This document shows, one piece after another, positions 59,731-64,000 of a DNA stretch of 64,000 nucleotides (position 1 is its first letter; each line of letters starts with the position of its first letter). This stretch comes from Candidatus Heimdallarchaeota archaeon (GTDB taxonomy: Archaea; Asgardarchaeota; Heimdallarchaeia; Hodarchaeales; Hodarchaeaceae). The position numbers and the translations under genes are program-made. The notes below the pieces were generated by a model. The model was not told the DNA's origin. It saw only the letters and a list, made by a program, of their open reading frames with translations, and searched no databases. Location: contig CP070695.1 of assembly GCA_020353515.1 (NCBI GenBank), positions 4,300,503 to 4,364,502 of the forward strand. Reading direction: 5' to 3'.

Positions 59731-59765
59731 TTCTTGTAGAAGATGTATATTCGACCTCTAAACTT

Positions 59766-60542
59766 CTAGAAAAGCAAAGAAAGGCATGTCAATGCCCCCT
59801 CACATTTTTGAAACTCTCTCATATCTAAAGGAATTACTTCAAAACCAGCATCACTTAACATTGATAGAACGTGGGGGAACCCCTTGGGTATCAAAATGGT
59901 TTTTCCTATTGCTAATGTATTGGCAGCATAACTTTCATTGTCATCAACGGTAAGAATCTGGAAATTTTTGAGAGTGGGATGATTCATGTGACTCTTAGTT
60001 GCAATAACATAGTCATCTCCGAGATAGGTGGCATAACTTTTTAAGTGTACAATATTCGGATCATGGTACACCCCTACTGTGACATTGAGCCATTCCTTCA
60101 ACTGATCTACACCCTCAATATTTGTACGCTGGGTGACCCCGCAGATCAAATGATTTGGAAGGTGAATGATATCACCTCCCTCTATTGTTCCTGGAGAGAT
60201 GGTCCTTCTGGTTTCCATGAAGTCATTTAATGTTTTTTCCACTGCTAATTCTTCCCCACGACGAGCTTCGGCTCCCATACGTGAGATTAATGCTTTATTA
60301 TTGTGAATAACAGCACAATCCTCCACAAAACATGAATCAGGGTGTTCATTGTCTGTAGGTAATTGAATAACATCAAATCCCAGTTCTAATAACGTGTTAC
60401 AATACACTGAATGTTGCTTCTTTGCATTAGAAACATTAATTTCACGTTGGAGTGGGTGGGAAGTGATACATTGTGAGAACTTCGCCCCAGGTTCACGAAC
60501 TATGGCATATTTTACGTTCATTTTTGATCCTACTGTAACCAT
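59766..60542 (-). CDS. Dimethylarginine dimethylaminohydrolase / amidinotransferase family protein
   Basis: PDSCFVED, RRGE, IEGGD, RTN, HLKS, GALTCLS. Probable start 60521. Confidence 0.9.
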   Translation of the reverse strand: MVTVGSKMNVKYAIVREPGAKFSQCITSHPLQREINVSNAKKQHSVYCNTLLELGFDVIQLPTDNEHPDSCFVEDCAVIHNNKALISRMGAEARRGEELAVEKTLNDFMETRRTISPGTIEGGDIIHLPNHLICGVTQRTNIEGVDQLKEWLNVTVGVYHDPNIVHLKSYATYLGDDYVIATKSHMNHPTLKNFQILTVDDNESYAANTLAIGKTILIPKGFPHVLSMLSDAGFEVIPLDMREFQKCEGALTCLSLLF

Positions 60543-61393
60543 TCAAGTAAACCTGCAACACCTGATGCTGCATATACTAATACTTGAAATATTTTATACG
60601 CTTCAATAATATTATTGGCTGGGTATTCTACAGTTAATCCATCAGTCCTTTCAACGATTGGTAATAATTCGGCCACATCAGCAAAATGACTCACAATGAA
60701 ACTAATACTAGCTTTCACTGGTTCTTCAGTCTTTAGAGGTTGAACTTTGTTTTCTTTAAAGTTAACGACTGCTTTGGTAATAGCCTCACGCAAATCTGCT
60801 TCAATTTTAATCATACTTGGGCTTTTTGCTGACACTCTACTCAAAGACTGCTTAAAAACAACGGTTTCTACCCACGGAGTGTGCTGCTCTACGTCATCTT
60901 TTAGGAGTTGAGCATCTCCAGCAACTAGAATAACTGGGACGTTGTAAAATCCAGCAGCATAGGAGTTGAGGAGAAATTCGCTTACAGGAACTCCATTGAT
61001 AACAAACTTGTGGATACTCCGACTTGAATAAGTATGATCGAATGTTGATTTCGCAGTCCCAAATTTCGAATGATATCCCAGAAATATAGCCACGTCACAA
61101 TCTTCTTCGACTCCTGCAACCATACTGACAGGACGAGGATTCCCCCTGACAATTTCCACGTATTCTGGTAATTTATCAACCTTGAGGTTCACCATGGGAC
61201 CGTGACTATCAGCAATGAGAATTTCATCAAATCCATTCTTGTTTAACTCATCAGCTACAATCAAAGCAATTTTGGTAGCGATTTCTCTGGCTTCTGAATA
61301 TAACGATCCTTTTAGACTCAAATGTCCTGGAATGACAATGAAAGGTAACCCCTCAAGATCAATCGAAATAAAAGCTTTCATAAAATACACCAA
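60530..61393 (-). CDS. dppA: D-aminopeptidase, peptidase M55 family
   Basis: ISIDLEG, DSHG, GYHS, HTYS, SE, GD. Confidence 0.9.
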   Translation of the reverse strand: MVYFMKAFISIDLEGLPFIVIPGHLSLKGSLYSEAREIATKIALIVADELNKNGFDEILIADSHGPMVNLKVDKLPEYVEIVRGNPRPVSMVAGVEEDCDVAIFLGYHSKFGTAKSTFDHTYSSRSIHKFVINGVPVSEFLLNSYAAGFYNVPVILVAGDAQLLKDDVEQHTPWVETVVFKQSLSRVSAKSPSMIKIEADLREAITKAVVNFKENKVQPLKTEEPVKASISFIVSHFADVAELLPIVERTDGLTVEYPANNIIEAYKIFQVLVYAASGVAGLLEWLQ

Positions 61394-61482
61394 AAAGAGT
61401 TGTGTGAAAGTACTTTATCAGTGTGATGAATGATTAAACCGATTCCTACGGAATAGATCCAGAAGCTCAATACAGCTAATTC

Positions 61483-61746
61483 TCATGATGATAACCAGGG
61501 AGCTTTCCAGGTACTACTCCTACCAGATTCAGGTTTTCTAGGCTCAACAGGTTCTTCTTTAGGTATGAATTCAGTTGATCTAAAATCTCTATTTCCTACA
61601 TGCTCCCAATAATATACGATAGCCTCTCTAACAAATCGGGATTTATCTTTTGTTTGTAGTAGGATATTCTTAACCTCCTCATCCATTCTAAAATTAAAAC
61701 GAGGAGAATTTTCTTTATCGGATATCATTAACCTTTTTCGAGGCAT
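61483..61746 (-). CDS. Ribbon-helix-helix DNA-binding protein
   Basis: MPRKR...PRFNFRMDEEVKNILLQTKDKSRFVREAI. The ATG at 61746 follows AAGGATG. Confidence 0.7.
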   Translation of the reverse strand: MPRKRLMISDKENSPRFNFRMDEEVKNILLQTKDKSRFVREAIVYYWEHVGNRDFRSTEFIPKEEPVEPRKPESGRSSTWKAPWLSS

Positions 61747-61801
61747 TGATGAAACATCATCCTTTCCTATCGATTGATCTTTATTTCTGCAAAAATATAA
61801 G

Positions 61802-61884
61802 TGTACGTAACTTTGGAATAACACAAAAGCTATTTTGTACGTACATTATTTAGTTATGAAGGTTTTGTACGTACAATATAAATA
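61802..61884 (-). promoter_or_regulatory. Repeated palindromic operator TGTACGTACA plus TATA box of the RHH gene
   Basis: TGTACGTACA at 61836-61845 and 61866-61875 (30-bp spacing), variant TGTACGTAAC at 61802. TATTTATAT on the minus strand at 61876-61884. Confidence 0.65.
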
Positions 61885-62086
61885 TTTTCATCAATCATTG
61901 GTATCACCCTTTTCCCACTTCCATTCTCCTGATGTTGTGAGGGATCCAATACTTAATTAATAATCCAAATAAATCCAGAATAATGGATACAGAGATATCG
62001 TCATGTCCTAATTTGATGTACTTGGTAAAATGCCTGAATTGGAGAAATCGATGAACTCCACTTCTTCTTCAATATATTAAAATAAT

Positions 62087-63100
62087 GTGAGAGAAAGACC
62101 TGTACTGAGGATGCACTGCATGAAGGAAAATGATCATCATAATCCAATGAACGTGAGTAAGAAAGTTTTAGAAGCTGAAAAGCGGATAAGAACCTATATC
62201 AGAGAGACACCTTTAGAATACTCCCCATATTTAAGTAAAATAGGAAACTCTAAAGTTTATCTTAAATTAGAAAATATTCAATTGACTGGATCGTTCAAGG
62301 CCAGAGGAGCGATGAATAAAATCCTTTCTCTTACGAGAGGTACCGAAATCACAACTGCCTCATCTGGCAACCATGGATTAGCAGTAGCTTACTCGCTCAG
62401 TAAACTTGGTGGAATAGGGACAATATATCTCCCTACAACCACGGCTCCTGTTAAAATTGAGAAATTACGTAATTATGACATTCAATTGGAATTTTATGGT
62501 ACAGATAGTGTTGAGGCAGAAATTTTCGCCAAAGAAATTGCACATCGGGATAAAAAGGTCTTCATTTCACCGTATAACGACCTAGAGATTATCGGGGGGC
62601 AGGGTACTATCGGATTAGAACTTACTAGACAACTAGCTAAGATTGATGTCGTCTTAGTTACCATTGGAGGGGGAGGGTTAATATCAGGTATTGCAGGGTA
62701 TTTAAAAAATTTAAATCCAGATGTTGAAATTGTAGGATGTCTTCCACAAAATTCTGCGGTGATGTACGAGTCCATTAAGGCGGGAAGGATACTTGATATG
62801 GAAAGTAAACCAACGTTGAGCGATGGATCAGCTGGAGGTATCGAACCTGATGCTATTACCTTTGAACTATGTCAACGGTATGTAGATCTCTATATTCTTG
62901 TTAATGAAGAGGAAATTGCGAATAGTATTTTACTTATGCTTGAGAAACACCACATGGTCGTTGAAGGAGCAGCAGGAGTCACAATAGCGGCATTTCTGAA
63001 AGAGAAAGATCGTTTTAAAGAAAAAAATGTCGTCTTGATTATGTGTGGAGGGAATATTAGTATTCAACAACTAAAGGAGATTATCTGTAGCCGTTCTTAG
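62087..63100 (+). CDS. PLP-dependent threonine/serine dehydratase (catalytic domain only)
   Basis: KLENIQLTGSFKARGA, ASSGNHG, IGGGGLISG, EGAAG, CGGNI. Confidence 0.92.
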   Translation: MRERPVLRMHCMKENDHHNPMNVSKKVLEAEKRIRTYIRETPLEYSPYLSKIGNSKVYLKLENIQLTGSFKARGAMNKILSLTRGTEITTASSGNHGLAVAYSLSKLGGIGTIYLPTTTAPVKIEKLRNYDIQLEFYGTDSVEAEIFAKEIAHRDKKVFISPYNDLEIIGGQGTIGLELTRQLAKIDVVLVTIGGGGLISGIAGYLKNLNPDVEIVGCLPQNSAVMYESIKAGRILDMESKPTLSDGSAGGIEPDAITFELCQRYVDLYILVNEEEIANSILLMLEKHHMVVEGAAGVTIAAFLKEKDRFKEKNVVLIMCGGNISIQQLKEIICSRS

Positions 63101-63139
63101 CAGCTTTTCTCAGAGTGGGACTTATTCAAGGTAAATGAA

Positions 63140-63168
63140 TTATGAATAATAATTCATAACCTTTATAT
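63140..63168 (+). promoter_or_regulatory. Palindromic operator and TATA box upstream of the DUF134 gene
   Basis: TTATGAAT-aata-ATTCATAA (63140-63159) followed closely by TTTATAT (63162). Confidence 0.5.
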
Positions 63169-63233
63169 TTACATCTAAATGAAGACCTTTTCAGACTGAA
63201 TGTCATATAGTTCAATCTTAGGAGTGAATAACC

Positions 63234-63659
63234 ATTCCCCGTGGTAGGAATCCCAGAAGTGTTCGGTGTGAACCCTCTCAATATTACTTTAAGCCTCGTG
63301 GTGTCCCTTTACTAGACATTCCTGGTGAAGTAGCGATAACTATTGAGGAGTTAGAAGCTATTCGACTCGCTGATTCAGAAGGAATCAAACAACAAGAAGC
63401 TGCGGAACAAATGAAAATCAGTCAGTCTACTATTTCAAGACATTTGGAATCAGCTCATCGTAAAATTGCTAAAGCTCTGATTCATGGCTTAGCTATTAAA
63501 ATAGCAAATCCAAAAGATTACTTTCATTGTGAGGATTGTGGACATATTCAATCAATTCCAGAAGAAGGAAAATTAGAAGTAAAGTGTGAACAATGTCACT
63601 CAACAAATATTCATCAGCATATTCACTCAAATAATGAACACAGGATTCAGTCTATATAA
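63234..63659 (+). CDS. DUF134 family HTH DNA-binding protein with C-terminal zinc ribbon; non-canonical ATT start
   Basis: Frame from ATT 63234 reads (M)PRGRNPRSV...YFKPRGVP...TIEELEAIRLADSEGIKQQEAAEQMKISQST; CEDC...CEQC. In-frame TGA at 63225; RBS AGGAGTGA. Confidence 0.85.
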   Translation: MPRGRNPRSVRCEPSQYYFKPRGVPLLDIPGEVAITIEELEAIRLADSEGIKQQEAAEQMKISQSTISRHLESAHRKIAKALIHGLAIKIANPKDYFHCEDCGHIQSIPEEGKLEVKCEQCHSTNIHQHIHSNNEHRIQSI

Positions 63660-64000
63660 TGATTTCAAGAGACTAGACTATCAAGAAGGATATAATATGA
63701 GTAAACCTGAAGAAATGATGGTATCAAGAAAACCTTTAATTTCTCCTTTTTTTGTCTATTTGCATTAAATTTTCCTTAATGTTTTGGTTCTTTCTTTCTA
63801 GAAAAAAAGCTCAGTCAAGTATTCCCGGTTGTTTTTGAAAGGCAAGGAGATGTTCTTCTCTCTTTTATCCCCTGAATGTGCTTATTCTCTCAAGAAAACA
63901 TATTTTTTTTTTATGTAGATTTTAAAAAAATTATTCTTGAACTTCCAATAGCTGAAAATCCAAGATCAAAAGCCCTTTCAGGAAGAATTTGAGCAGATGG

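Noticed and set aside
61802-61875. TGTACGTACA repeats as a mini-CRISPR array or replication iterons
   Set aside because: The repeats are only 10-13 bp with about 20-bp gaps, and no cas or rep gene is nearby. An operator fits better.
1-64000. rRNA, tRNA, CRISPR arrays, IS elements, prophage
   Set aside because: None recognisable by eye; no transposase, integrase or capsid ORFs in the track.

Overview
AT-rich, gene-dense archaeal chromosomal region, most consistent with an Asgard archaeon, probably Heimdallarchaeia/Hodarchaeales-like. This is an inference from the TPR, TrmB, Lrp and zinc-ribbon proteins, the Ras-superfamily GTPases, archaeal PolB2 and the GAGGTG/GGAGTG ribosome-binding sites. 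No rRNA, tRNA, CRISPR array or transposase could be supported. Main points: (1) A locus at about 8-21 kb encodes two paralogous Ras/Arf-superfamily GTPases with complete G1-G5 motifs, two large conserved insertions and polybasic C-tails. One abuts a 1302-aa protein with predicted longin-like C-terminal domains and is followed by a TrmB-type regulator. This is the best candidate for an undescribed system. (2) A GC-richer cassette (inactive RadA-like, small protein, PolB2) sits inside that locus. Its RadA-like protein, its PolB2 and a nearby DUF72 protein all carry PCNA-binding PIP-box-like motifs. (3) A two-gene AAA/DUF3696 ATPase plus PLD-like (HDR) candidate defence system. (4) Two degenerate pseudo-GTPases surround a Cys-rich protein and a nested RNA-like hairpin. 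(5) Several genes have non-AUG starts (CTG, ATT) or homopolymer frameshifts that the ORF track truncates. The remainder is transport, hydrolase, regulator and cell-surface genes.
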